A stretch of DNA of 64,000 nt from Monocercomonoides exilis PA203. Taxonomy: Eukaryota > Protista > Preaxostyla. The position numbers and the translations under genes were made by a program. Position 1 is the first letter of the stretch. Every line of letters starts with the position of its first letter. The notes under the pieces were generated by a model. The model worked only from the letters and a program-made list of their open reading frames with translations, did not search any database and was not told the origin of the DNA. The stretch covers positions 2,567,572 to 2,631,571 of the forward strand of contig LSRY02000002.1 in the NCBI GenBank assembly GCA_001643675.2, given 5' to 3'. Positions 1 through 12,700 of the stretch are shown in pieces.

Positions 1-81
1 GTGAAATTAAAAATTGAAAATTTTCAGAAAAAAATTGGATACAACTTGCTTTACTTCACAAGAAAGGAAATATAGTCAACG

Positions 82-420
82 CAAAAAATACAGGACAAGA
101 TCGATATCTCAATAACCACAAGAGGAATAATTCTGACAATTTTCCTCAAAATATATCTCATCAATACAAACTCATTTAATACACAAAACTTTCAAAAAAG
201 CATCGTTTGTGTCCGATAAAAACTGATATTTAAATCTCGTAGAAATAAAATTTTGAGTTTCAATAAGATTCATCGAATATATTTCTCTGAGCACAAATGA
301 AGCTGCTTTGAAAGCTTTGTATATTAAATGAGTTTGTATTGATGAGATATATTTTGAGGAAAATTGTCAGAATTATTCCTCTTGTGGTTATTGAGATATC
401 GATCTTGTCCGGTATTTTTG
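82..420. repeat. Foldback inverted repeat, ~130-bp arms (82-212 / 290-420) with a ~75-bp spacer; MITE-like or hairpin
   Basis: ggacaagatcgatatctcaataaccac...catttaat (93-180) is the exact reverse complement of 323-410; the flanking parts of the arms match imperfectly. Confidence 0.9.
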
Positions 421-1094
421 GCACAAACTGTGTTTCAAAAAATGAGTATTTCAAAAAAAGTGTTATTTTCTTTTAATAATTACAGCTCCTTTGTCTTTAA
501 TTTCTTCGTTTATATATATCTTTTCTCTTTTTTAATATGAAAAGAATTAGACATTCAATAAGAAAATTTTTTTTGAGTGAAGGAAAAATCAACAATTTCA
601 TCCAACAATAACGAATTTAAAGAATGAATTTTATTTTTTGTTTAGTCAAAAATGTGATTTTCAAAAATGAGAAAAAAATAACTATTATTTTCCAAAAAGG
701 AATAATTCATCATATTTGTCATTTATTCAATTCAATAATGTTTTATTGAAAAAGATAAAGAATTTCTTTGACATTTATGGAAATATTTAAAACGAATAAT
801 TATTTTTCTTTTATCGAAATAAATGATTTATTATTTAAAAATTTCATTAAAAATTTTTTTAATCTCAAATAATATCTTCAAACTTTTTTGTTTACTAAAC
901 ACAGAAGAAAATACAAAAAGATCAAAACTCAATCAATTGAGTGACACTGCATTTTAATTATTATTCACATTATTTTTCTATGGTAGAATTTTTGTGAGCA
1001 TAAGACAGCATATCACATGAAGAAACCTATAAAATTTATCAAATAATGATATTGCTGTTCAGGGTATATTTTTTATACAATAAAAAACTATTTT

Positions 1095-1097
<3 letters not shown>

Positions 1098-1143
<46 letters not shown>
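1098..1143. repeat. (AAT)n microsatellite
   Basis: About 15 tandem AAT units read directly. Confidence 0.95.
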
Positions 1144-1145
<2 letters not shown>

Positions 1146-1211
1146 TAACTTTTCAACGAAAAATTAAAAAAATATAAAATAAAACCAATTGCATTAAATT
1201 TAAACATTTCA

Positions 1212-2676
1212 TTACATTTTCCAGCCTATCCATAACTGAGAACCTGTTTGTTGCACGTACTCTGGTTCGATACAATTGATTTGACATGGAATGTTAAATA
1301 CATAAACGACGAAATTTGATGGAATTGAAGAAATATGAGTAAGAGTTGAATTTTCTTCGTCAGAAAGAAAAGGAGGAGTAAATTGTAAAAAATGTTCTGA
1401 TGACAATGTTGATTCTAACTCATTTAAAATGTTCAACGATTTGTTTGCAACAGCTTTCTGAGTTTCGAAAGAAGATTCCATTTCCTTTGAATTTGCTTGA
1501 GTTAGAGATGATTCAGTTTGTTCGCTTCCTCCTCGAGAGATATAATTGCGTTCATCATTTAAAATATGTGTTTCTTGAACTGCGATAGGTTCACTTCTGC
1601 TGATACATCCAAATTCACTCTTGAGACCTGATTCACCATAAATGATTAATGTTGATTGAAAAGTAATATAATCAAAAGTTTGTAGTGGTAAAAAAGGGAT
1701 AAATAAAACGATATGATTTGGATCTTCTGAAAAATTCCCTTCAAATTGGATCTTGCAATCTGTAAGCGTTTTGTCTTTGCTCAAATTCTTCCCAATTACA
1801 AAATTTTTTGCTTCATGAATATTCGAAGTTCTATTATGATCAAAATGTTTATTTTCTTGATTAACTCCTTGACTATCAACTTGTGTGTTTTCTCCAGTTT
1901 TATTTCTACTTTCAAAAATTTCTTCTTCATGAAATCCATCATCGTAGTACATGAAAAAACAATGAAATAATGTATCAGTAACCGAATCAACGAAAATATC
2001 AGCAACCGTATCATCATCGACAACGGATTGCACTAAACTCAGCGAATTTTTTTGCTTTTTGATTTGTTTTTTTTGCGAAAACTCTTCAAGTTCAGACCAT
2101 GACCATCCAATTTCCATTTGATTAGTATTTTGCAAAAAAAAATCAATTTCCTGATGCATATTCTCGCAATCAATCAATTCAGGATATAGTAAAAGTCCAG
2201 AATATACTTTTCTTCCTGCTGAATCAAATAGTTTATATTCAATATAAAACATATTATTGAAACATACATGTATCAAAACTTGTTATTGAATTAATTTTTA
2301 ATTGCTCAGGAAGTGTTTGCATGCAATATCCATGCTTTTTTGCTCCAGATACATAATAATATCTTAGTAGATTCGATAAATATTTCCCAAGAATTGTAAT
2401 TGATATATTGTATGGATTTATCTTTCCTTTTCCATGCTGAATTTTCATAGAAAACAAATCGAACAATACAGTAGCAGGAACAGCCAAATGAGCTTCATTT
2501 GGCTTGTTAGAAAATCTGCAAAATATTCTGAGAAAAAGAAAAAACATCTGTACGGTATCAGGCTGATTTTTCAACCAATAATGCGAAGGAAGAAGTATAA
2601 CAGTTGGTTTAATGTTTTCTTCCATACGTCTTTTTGGATCTTCCGAAAAATACGAAGGACGGAAGTCAATATCCAT
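1212..2676 (-). CDS. Hypothetical protein, two exons (2676-2268 and 2218-1212), ~470 aa
   Basis: The overlapping ORFs 2254-2676 and 1212-2276 are joined in frame (..FDT-S-GRKV..) by a 49-nt GTATGT...TTCAG intron at 2267-2219. No family recognised. Confidence 0.7.
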
Positions 2677-2957
2677 TTTGAAAAATAAAATAATAAAAAA
2701 TTAAATATTTCGAAAACAATATTAAGTAAAAAAAGATCAAAAACTCGAATGTGGAACATATTCAAAAATTGTTATTAATAGAACTTCCAAATAATTATAA
2801 CAAATATTTTTTGAAAAATGAAAATTATTGATCCTAACCATATGAACCTATTTTAATTGACGAGTTTAATTTTAGTCTTTAACCCGGAAGATAGATTTAA
2901 AAACGCAAGCTGTATAGGGTAAAGAATTGACATTCAATACGGTTGACACTTAAAACT

Positions 2958-4606
2958 ATGACAACTTTTTTTTCGGATGCACAATTTATGCCAGGAACAC
3001 CAACACAAAGTTGTCTTTTTTTTGCTTTTTAACTTTCATTTTACATGTATTTTTCTTTTTTTTTTGCCATTTCACCAACTGCATTAATAAAGTTTTTGAC
3101 GGAATCGAGAACTATTCAACGAATTATTGTGAATTGCTTCCATCGTCAAAACAGGCTGAAACAGACTTTATTGTGTCACTTATACCGCATCATCCTACAG
3201 ATAACATTGCTCAATATCAACAAGCGTTATACCCCATAAATGATGTCGTATATTTACCAGAATTTTGCTCCGAGTCATTTCAACAGTTTATACCAACTCA
3301 AGTTGCTCCCCTTTCAATTGAATCTTCTCCATGGATCCCTCAGAAAAAGACACCACGAGAAGAAGCAATACGTCATCACAAAAATTCACAAAAACAACAG
3401 AAACAATCGATTCATAAACCAACACCATTAAAACCACAAAAAACAAGTAAATTATCAGCATCATCTGCTGCATTTTATCCTCCATCATTATTATTACAAA
3501 ACCATAAAAACACTACAACAAGTCATCCACATGAACCAACAAAGATAACTTCTTTAAATAAAGAATTATCCACTCACGAGCAAACACGACATAATGATCA
3601 CTCTTTGAATGAAAAATCAAAGGCAAAAGTTTCGTCTCACCATTTAAACCCCAAAGCAAGACCATTTTTCCCTCCTTTTCCACTTCCTCATTCATCATCT
3701 TCTGCTCCTCCTATTTCAAATGCAAATATCATAACTTCAAAGAGATCCAAACACTCAACCAAAAGTTCAAATTCAAAAAAAGAGACAACGTCTGCTCTTG
3801 CTTCAACTCACACTTCATCTTTCGCGATGCATTCCACTATAAAAGCACCATCAACGCCAACGACACTCACAAATAGAACACATTCACATCACGGCACAGA
3901 TCTGCCTTCGCCTTTGTGCTTCGCATCGCACCCTTCTTCTTCACCTATTCTTCTCGTGTCGTCTGGCAAAACTCAACAAGCGTCGCACTTCCATCATCAT
4001 CAGCAGCAACAACAACAACTTCAACAGACAAATCCCGCTTTTGGATCGACGCTGCCGTGGGGTTCGTGTCGCTTTGAAAGCGGAACTGATTCTTTGCCTT
4101 CGCTGCCGCCTATTCCTGATCTCTCGGACAGCGAAGAATGCTTCATGAATGCACACAGCATCCATTCAGATGAAGAAAACACGATTCAAACGGACACTTC
4201 AGAAGAACGCGAGAAGCTCTCGAATAAGTTGGACGAAGAGACAGGAAGAAACATCGAGTCAGAAAGTGACTATTCAACAAGTTCGCTTGATGACTTCGCT
4301 CAAACTGGTGCCCCAGATGAAAACATGTGGGGAGACAGTGCTAACACAGACACAGCTAATGCGCTCATTTCAGCTGCTGAGGTGAATAAATGTGATGAAT
4401 GTGCTGATTCTTATCAATCCAGAAAAGGCTTTGATAAAGATATCCTGAAAGCTAATGATGGAGAAATAGAAGATGACATGTTGATACCGCCTCCTCCTTC
4501 TGTTCCTCCTCCTCCTTCTCCTCCAACTTCTCCTATATCTTCTGAACTTTCTGACCTACCAAAAGTTCTTGAATTGATCCAAAGAATACCACTTCCCACA
4601 TCTTGA
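2958..4606 (+). CDS. Low-complexity Ser/Pro/His/Gln-rich protein with PAM2 (PABP-interacting) motifs; probable intron 3010-3092
   Basis: ATG at 2958; removing a phase-1 GTTGTC...AAG intron joins it to the 531-aa ORF. SKLSASSAAFYP and HHLNPKARPFFP match the PAM2 pattern (S-x-L-N/S-x-x-A-x-x-F-x-P). Acidic and poly-Pro C-terminus. Confidence 0.65.
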
Positions 4607-5090
4607 ATAAATTTAAGTTTTGTTTATGTGATAATTTAACTGCTTTTTATTAAATTTTAATAAGTTATGTTATAAGCGTATGTTATTATTTTATGCTTTT
4701 AGAATAATATTTCTTTGATTTCCTTTTATTTAAAACGTTTGTCACATTTCCTCCCTTATTTTGATTCTGATAATTTATTGCACTACGTTTATTAATTATT
4801 CTTTCCCTTTTTTCCCATGTGAATCTGCCTATTATTATAATTTTTTCCTTTAAGTTATCACCACATAATCTGCTTAATTTTCATTTTCAGTTTTAATAAT
4901 TTCACCCAAAAGCTTCTATTAAACCACAAAATAGAAGTAAAACAAATTACAAAATAATTATTTCTTTTGTTCTCTTGCTTTTTAATATTTTTAAAATTTG
5001 GAATTACATCGCAAAGTTAAAACGCGAATGAATTTGTTGGAACAGAAAAAAAAAATGAAAAATTTCGTAAACAGTAAGCCAAAAGAATGT

Positions 5091-5471
5091 TTACTCCAAT
5101 GCTGCGATACATTCAATTTCAACCATTGCTCCCATTGGCAATTGCTTCACAGCAAATGCAGATCTTGCAGGAGGTGCTGAAGGGAAGAAAGTTGCATAAA
5201 CTCCGTTCATCTCTCCAAAATCGGCCATATCAGCAAGAAGAACAGTTGTCTTAACAATGTTCTCCAATTTTGCTCCTGCAGCCTCCAAAACAGCTGAGAT
5301 ATTACGAAATACTTGAGCTGTTTGTTCTTTAATTCCACCTTCAACAAGTTTCTTTGTTGCAATGTCAATGGGAATTTGTCCGCTCAAAAATAACAGATTT
5401 CCTACTTTTCTAGCTTGGCAGTAGGGCCCAATTGGCAAAGGTGCTTTATCAGTGAATATAACAGAAGACAT
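5091..5471 (-). CDS. ridA: RidA (YjgF/YER057c/UK114) reactive enamine/imine deaminase
   Basis: 126 aa with AP.PIGPY.QA, LFLSGQIP, VKTTVLLADM.DF..MN.VY..FF, the catalytic Arg in PPARS and LP.GA.VEIE.IA; intronless. Confidence 0.95.
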   Translation of the reverse strand: MSSVIFTDKAPLPIGPYCQARKVGNLLFLSGQIPIDIATKKLVEGGIKEQTAQVFRNISAVLEAAGAKLENIVKTTVLLADMADFGEMNGVYATFFPSAPPARSAFAVKQLPMGAMVEIECIAALE

Positions 5472-6773
5472 CGAAAATCTTTCCTTTTTGTTTCATAGCC
5501 ATTATAAATATTCAAATAAGTCTAAGTTGGGAATATTATGATCAGTTCATTTCATTTACAAATAATTTGAAACTGTGAAAGCTAAATTCAATAACTGTTT
5601 TATAAGTTAAAATTTCACAACAATATTTTGACAAACATCTATGACGTGTTAAAGTTCTTCCTTCTTCAACGGAATTTTACTCTTTTATCACAGTTTAAGT
5701 CTTTCTGTGTAATAAAAGATTCAAAAAAGAATGAATTACACCCGTTAGTTTAAATTTATTTTTTTGAAAATATTAAAAAAAACAATTAACCAAATTTGAA
5801 TATTTGTTTTTAAACACAAATATATATTTTCAAAACTTTTTGTGAAAAAATGATTTAGAATTTGTCCAACTTCAATTACAATGAAGTACACTCTTTGCAT
5901 ATGTGCTTTTGTGAATAACGATTTTCATAAATCTTTAAGAAATCGCCAACAAGTCGAATGAACCACGAACTGCTCCTTTATTCCATTTTTATGTCGTGAC
6001 CAACTATTTCAGATGAATTGACAAAAAAATTTTTTTCCTTGATAACAATTGAGGAAACATATCCTTTGGAGTTTAAAATTACACGTTATGAAACAAATTA
6101 AGTTTAGGAGACAAATTATCTGTTAAATTCTTTTTAAGATAAATATGGAAAACAAAAAGAAAACAACTTGTACACACATCGAAGAATGCTTTAGAACGTT
6201 TTTAATTGCACAATTTGATAAAGGTATAATCTTGCTGAAGATTTTTCTTCTGAAAATTCGGTTTCCTGAAGCAATTTTTGAAGGTATTAACATATTTTTT
6301 TATCTTTAACCTTTCACTTAGAATGTCAAAAGTCATTATTTCTTTCAAAAAATAGAAATGAGCATATGTTTTGGATGGTCATATTTCGTTTGTTGTCATT
6401 CACAGTTTCGTTTACAAGAATTTGTTCTGAATAGTTCTATCAATGAAGATGATTTGAAAATAAAAAGGAAAATTTATTTTGATAGCAATTACATTCTAAA
6501 TTTCATGATTATTGAAGGAACAGAGTGTTTAGTGTGTTTTTTGCTTCCATAGCAGCCACTCACAACGCTACATATTCATTTTTGAAAAAATCAAAAGCTT
6601 GATCTCAAATGCCTTTAAACGAAAAAATTTCTTTCAACACCAACTTTTGGTTCATCTTGATCTTTCCATATCGAATTCTTCTTATAGCGAATTATCTTTT
6701 CCAATTAAGAAGGAATTTGCTTCTCTCGCAAAATATTGGTCGATTTGCATTTTAATATTGCAAATTATCAGAA

Positions 6774-9700
6774 ATGATTATAAAAACAGAACTATTTCTT
6801 TTGCTTCTTTTCAGTTGCATGGAATTTCAATCAAATAACGCAATTGATGGAATTCAAGTTCAAAGAATGAGGCAAGATTTCAATAAAATAGAATCTCTCA
6901 ACGAGGTTTTAACAAAGAACGACATATGCAATGAAATTTCTAATAAGTTTGGATTGAATGATAAGCGCTTTAAGGTTGGAGAAATAAATCACTGTTTTCA
7001 TTTTGGAAGTGTTGTTTGTTCAACAGTTATTCTTCATAACTCAACATCCAATAACTTGCATATCACATTTTCAACTCAAAATGAAAGAGCTATTTTGAAT
7101 ATTTCTGGTTCGTCTTTGTCAATTATTTCTTGCAGAATAATATGCAGTGAAAGTCTTGAAAATTCGCTCTTCTACGGAGAGGGATTAACAATTATCACAA
7201 ATTTGACTATGAGATACTGTTCTGAAAACTCTTTGAAAGCAAGCATCTTCAGTTTTAGCTGCATGAATTCTGCTTTTATCGTTCAAAATTCCATTTTTTG
7301 TGATAAAATGTCAATTGAAAGAAGCTTTTTGCTGAGTGGAACAGTGGGATTTGAAAAGGTTCAAAATTGCATTTTCAGAAACATTTCACAAAAGGGCGAG
7401 ATTGTTGAACGAGTGAAAAATGAAGGAAGTTGGAGAGAAAGTTTTATGGAAGATTGTTTAATTGAATGTTCTAAAAATGCTCTCGAAGGTGGGATTTCTT
7501 GTGGATCATGTTATTCTTCTTGTCTTTTCTGTAGAAACACTTCATTTATTGGAAATACGAGAAGTGACATTTTGTCTTCGAGTCAAAGCAGAATTGACAC
7601 GACAGAAACGCAATTATATGAAAAAGTCGAATGGATAAACTGTAATGCTTCGTGCGGAGGAGCAATTTATATTCATGACAATTTTGGTGCTTCCTTGACA
7701 GTTAACAACTCTTCATTTATCAGGTGCAATGCAACTTCAACTCGAGGAGGAGGCATTTATGCAGTGAGTATCGCAGGATGTTTTGTGAAGGATTCTACAT
7801 TTGAAGGCTGTTATTGCGTTTCATCAACAAACAATGGAGGAGCATGCATTGGAATGGAATTTTTATCTAACCAGGCCTTCGTTGAAAACTGCTTATTCAA
7901 AGATGGATGGTCAGGGAACGATGCAGGTGGTTTGGGAATTTGGAGTTCAATGACAACAAGAACAAAAGACTGCGTTGTGGATTGTTCATTTGTCAATTGC
8001 AGTGGAAACGATGGAAATTCTGACGGAGGTGGATTCACAAGTTGGAGTCCAAGTGACAAAATAGTTTTGCGTAACTGCTTATTTCAAGATTGCTTAAGCT
8101 TGTATTGCGGAGGCGGTTTGTCAATCCAGGTTGGACATTTTGAAGGAGAAGCATTATTGTTTTGCTTTTTTCACAATAATTGTTGCCCTCGCGGGAATGA
8201 CATTGCAGTGAGAGACTGTAGCACTTCCTCGAAGATTGCTTGGTGCTTCACAACACGAACAGACGGAAATAGGTATTATGCAGACGAAGATAAAAGCGAA
8301 TGGCTTCCTAATGGAGGAAGAAGCAGATTTGTTGCTTCAAAAGAGATTCAAGCAAATGCAAAAGACACATTCAGCTGTGGATTGAATGAAAGCTATACAT
8401 GTCTCACAATCAGCCATTGCCTTTCCCAAATGATTGTGGGGTTTGTGGAGGAAATCAAGGTGTTGAGTGGAACAGTTGTGGAAGGCAAAGGAATTGATAT
8501 TGGGGAGAAAACGATCACTGTGAATGGGGCTTCTTCATCTGGTTCAGCCATTGAAACAAAATTTGAATCAAATGGATTGAGTCTGTTTTGTGTTGGAACA
8601 GGGGAATTGGCAGTGAGTGATCTGTCAGTGGTTCACAATTCATCGTTTGAAAACAACAGGCAATGCAGACTGTTTGAGGTTGAGGGAAGTGGGTTGATGG
8701 ATGTGAAGAGAATGAATATATCGATGGATGCAGCTCATTCAGAAGAAAGGAGCATTCAAAACTCACTTGTGAAACTGGAAGGGGGAGAACTGAAGATGCA
8801 AGATGTGAGATGGGAACAAACATTCAGCACCACAAGTGTGATGTCACTTTCTCAAGAATCATCTGTGACATTGTCTCTGGATAACTGTGCGTTCAGCAAC
8901 ATTGTGAGAACAACAGCAGGATCATCGCTGATGAGCGTGAGTGAGGGGTTATATTCAATAACTCTTGAGGGATGCACGATTGATGGGTGTGTGAATGAAG
9001 ACTGTGAGTTTGGAGGGGGAATGATGGCTGAAGTGGGAAGTGGGAGTTCATTGAATGTGAAAGGAGGCATTGTGAAGAACTGTTATGCCTCAGCCACACA
9101 AGGGAGAGGAGGAGGAATCGGGCTGAAAGTGAAAGATACGAGCGCAGATTTTTTAATATCATCAGCATTTGAAGGGAACAGGGCCAGATGGGGAAGTGAC
9201 ATTTTTGTTGACTCGATCGATCTGGAGTCAACTGCAACAAGTGGGAAGATCACTTCATTGACTGCTTCATTGGAAACAAAGAGCAAGATGCAGGGATATG
9301 AAAATGGGGATGAATCGTTCCCAATTCCATTGTGTGTCTATTTGTGGAACAACTTTTCTCCACCAGCGTTTGTTGGAGGGGGATCATTGAGCCATGATTT
9401 CTCGAAGTGTGGATTTGAAGAGTTTCCGTGTTCGTCCATTTCGAAGGCAGCGTCGCTCCACTTTGAAGGGAAGATAAAGGATGTTGCTCTTCTTGAGCCA
9501 TTTTCCTTTGAGGAAGAATTGGAGTTGACTTCGAATGAATGGAGCATTACATCCAAAGAGGATGAGATGAAGTGCGATGTTTCTGATCAGAAAGAGGGAG
9601 CTCAAAGTGGATTGATTGAAAACTCAGTCAGTGTGTCTGTGACAGGAATTGTATTTTCGATTACAAAATTGCTGACCTTTCATGAAAGTGTGTTTGAGTG

Positions 9701-12700
9701 CCATTTAGGGAAACTCACACTGAATGAATGTGGGATGGAAGGAGGGGATGAGACTATTTCGACTGTGTTTGTGAAGGCTGTTGGAGGGGTTGTGGAGGTG
9801 AGTGAGTTTGGATCAAAAAGTGTTGCCAAATGGGGTTTTTCGTTTTTCATTGTTGAAGGTGATTCTAGAAGCAAGCCTTCGATGAATATGACGAACAGCA
9901 ATTTTGGAGAAATCTCATTTGCTGATGGATGTGTTGTTGAGTGCCACAACGGAAATATCGAAGAGATATCTGGTTGCACATTTTCATCGATTACTCGTTC
10001 AAAGAGAAGTGGAGGATGCATCAGCATTGTGAACAATGAGGATGATGATGATGGAAGAGATTTCAAAGTGGAAATTAATGACTGTACATTTGAAGGGTGT
10101 GCTATTACTGGAGAGGAGGGAAATGAGATTGGAGGAGGTGCACTCTTTTGTGAAGCATCTTCGAAAACGAATCTTTTGATTAATTTGTGTAAGTTTTATT
10201 ATTGCAGAGCACCATATGAAGAGAGAAGTGTTGGATATGGAGGAGGAATAATGCTGAAGATACTGAAAGAAGAAGAAGGAAAGGCAGGGTTTGTGATATC
10301 CTCATTAGCTTTTTCATCTGGGAAGCCAAACAATGCGAAATATGGGAAGGACCTGTTCATTTCATCTCCATCGCTTATCAGCAGCATCAAGAACGAAACT
10401 CTGCCATTTGTGAATGATAGATTGGAGATGCTGACAGAAGATTCGATGAGAGGGTATGATGGTGAAAACAGAGAGTGCGCAATTCCACTGATCTATTTCT
10501 GGAAAAAGGTTGGGTCAAATGTGCATGTTGATCAGGAAGGAAACAATGTTGTTGTGTGTGGATTGAGCGAGTATCCGTGCGGGTCCGTTGATTATGGGCT
10601 GAAGAGAGGGAGTCGTTTGGGGATTGAGTCGATTGCCATTCAGGGGACTTGTAATGTGAGGAGCGAAATGAGAATGAGTGGGATGAAGTTGGAAGGAACA
10701 AATAGGGAATCAGACAAAATACAATTTGTGAAAGAGATTGAAGGGGATGAGGATGCTGTCGTTGAATGCAAAGGGATTGTTCAATTCAATGGATTGGGGA
10801 TTCTGATTCCCAGTTCCTTTGACAATGGAGCAAGCATCCTCATCCAGACAGGATCAGATTCAGTCAAAACGAGTGTTGTGTGCTGTTCAATTAACACAAG
10901 TGACAACGTGATTGGTGAGGTGTCATTTGTTCTGATCAGTGCATCGAAAGGAATTGTTTCAATTGAAAAGACAGAAATAGTTGGATTCTCAACGATGCAT
11001 GAGATAATGAGCATATCAGCTGATTGTGTGACAACCATGAACAATGTGATATTTAAAGATATTTCATTGAGCGGGAAAAGTGCAATTGCAATGAGAGAAA
11101 TTGAGATTCCTGGAAATGGAAATGATAACTCAGAAGAAGAGCGGATTGTTCTGTTTGAGCAATGTTCATTTTTGAATGTGAAGCACAGTATGTCAAGTAA
11201 TCCTTCATTTCTTTTCTGTGATGTTCCAAATGAAGTGAATTTGAAAATGGAGAATTCGACAATTGATGGTTGTGGATCAACAAGCTCGAATGAAGGAGGA
11301 GGAGTGTTTTTCCTTCTCAATGAGAAAGGGAGTTTGGAGATTAATCACACAAATGTGACAGAATGTTTCTGTTCGAATATTGGGAGAGGCGGAGGGATAT
11401 TTTTGAAATCACAAAGTGATTCACAGAAGGCATTGCCATTTGTGCTGTCGAACATCACATTCAAGGGGAATGTTGCACTGAAGGGGAGGGATGTGTTTGT
11501 GAAGTGCACTGATCTTGACTCGCAGATAAGTGAATCACAGTTCTTGATAAATTTTGGGGAGCCATTTGTGAGGGAGCTGGCGATATGGGGTTGCACAGCA
11601 GACAATTATGGGGATGAAGAGGATCTATTGGGGAGGGTGTATGTGTTCAGAAGTGAATTCATGTTTGTGTCTTCAATTGTGGAGAACAGCAATGACAGCA
11701 AGAACTGTGGGGAAATGAAGAGTGCATGCTCATCGCTGAATGTTGGAGTGAGCCACATCATCCCATCAGATTATTCACTGCTGTTTGTTTGGAATGAAAC
11801 AGTTTTAACTGGTTCATGTTCAGCTCAGAAGGTGACAATCAAGTCGATGGAAGCAAACAGAAATGCTGAGATAAAAGTGAGAGAGTTCGATTTGGCATGT
11901 GAAGGAGTAGTGAGAACTTCAGAATCTGTTCGATTTGAGAAAGTATCATTTGTTTTTAGTGGAATGAGAAATATTGTCTGCTCGTGCTTAATACATCAAC
12001 TGAATGGATCTCTTATTCTGGAATCTGTTTCATTCTTGTTTGAGAACAAAACAAAAGAGAATTCGCAAATCATTTTTGACTTTTCTCTGATTGTTGTTGA
12101 AGAAGGGATTTTTCAGGCAGATCGGTGCAGTGTTGGTCACTTGAGCTTCTCGAAGACTGTATTCGAGATATTTCACTCAAAAATGGCAGCATTTGAGGAT
12201 GTGGGAGTGGATGATGTGGAATGCAAGAGTTCGTTGATTGAATGCGGGAAAAGCGAGAAAGTGAGTGTTTCGAAGCTTACAGCCACAAATATTTTGTTGG
12301 AAGATGAGAGCCTGATCTCACTTGAAAACAGCCACTCATCACTTGTTTTGTCATTGGTGTTGTCATCATTCACAAACATCAGCCGATCGAGTGATGGGCC
12401 TTGCATTGTTTGCACAAGTCATCCGATAGGCTGTTTTGAGATGTGCAACTGCTCTTTTCATGAGTGCTCATCAGAGTTGCCAAAAGGAAGCCAAATTGCG
12501 ATGGCATTGGTAGAGAAGATATTGATTGAGTCGTGTGTGTTTGAAGGAAGTTTAGAGGAAAGAAACGAGAATTATATGAATCAAGAAGAAGAGATATGCA
12601 GATGGAATGGATCTCTTGTTGATGTCGAAAAGAGTTCTGTGATGATAAAAGATACAACAATATCAAATTCACCAGAAGGTGGAATAACAATGAGTGGAGG

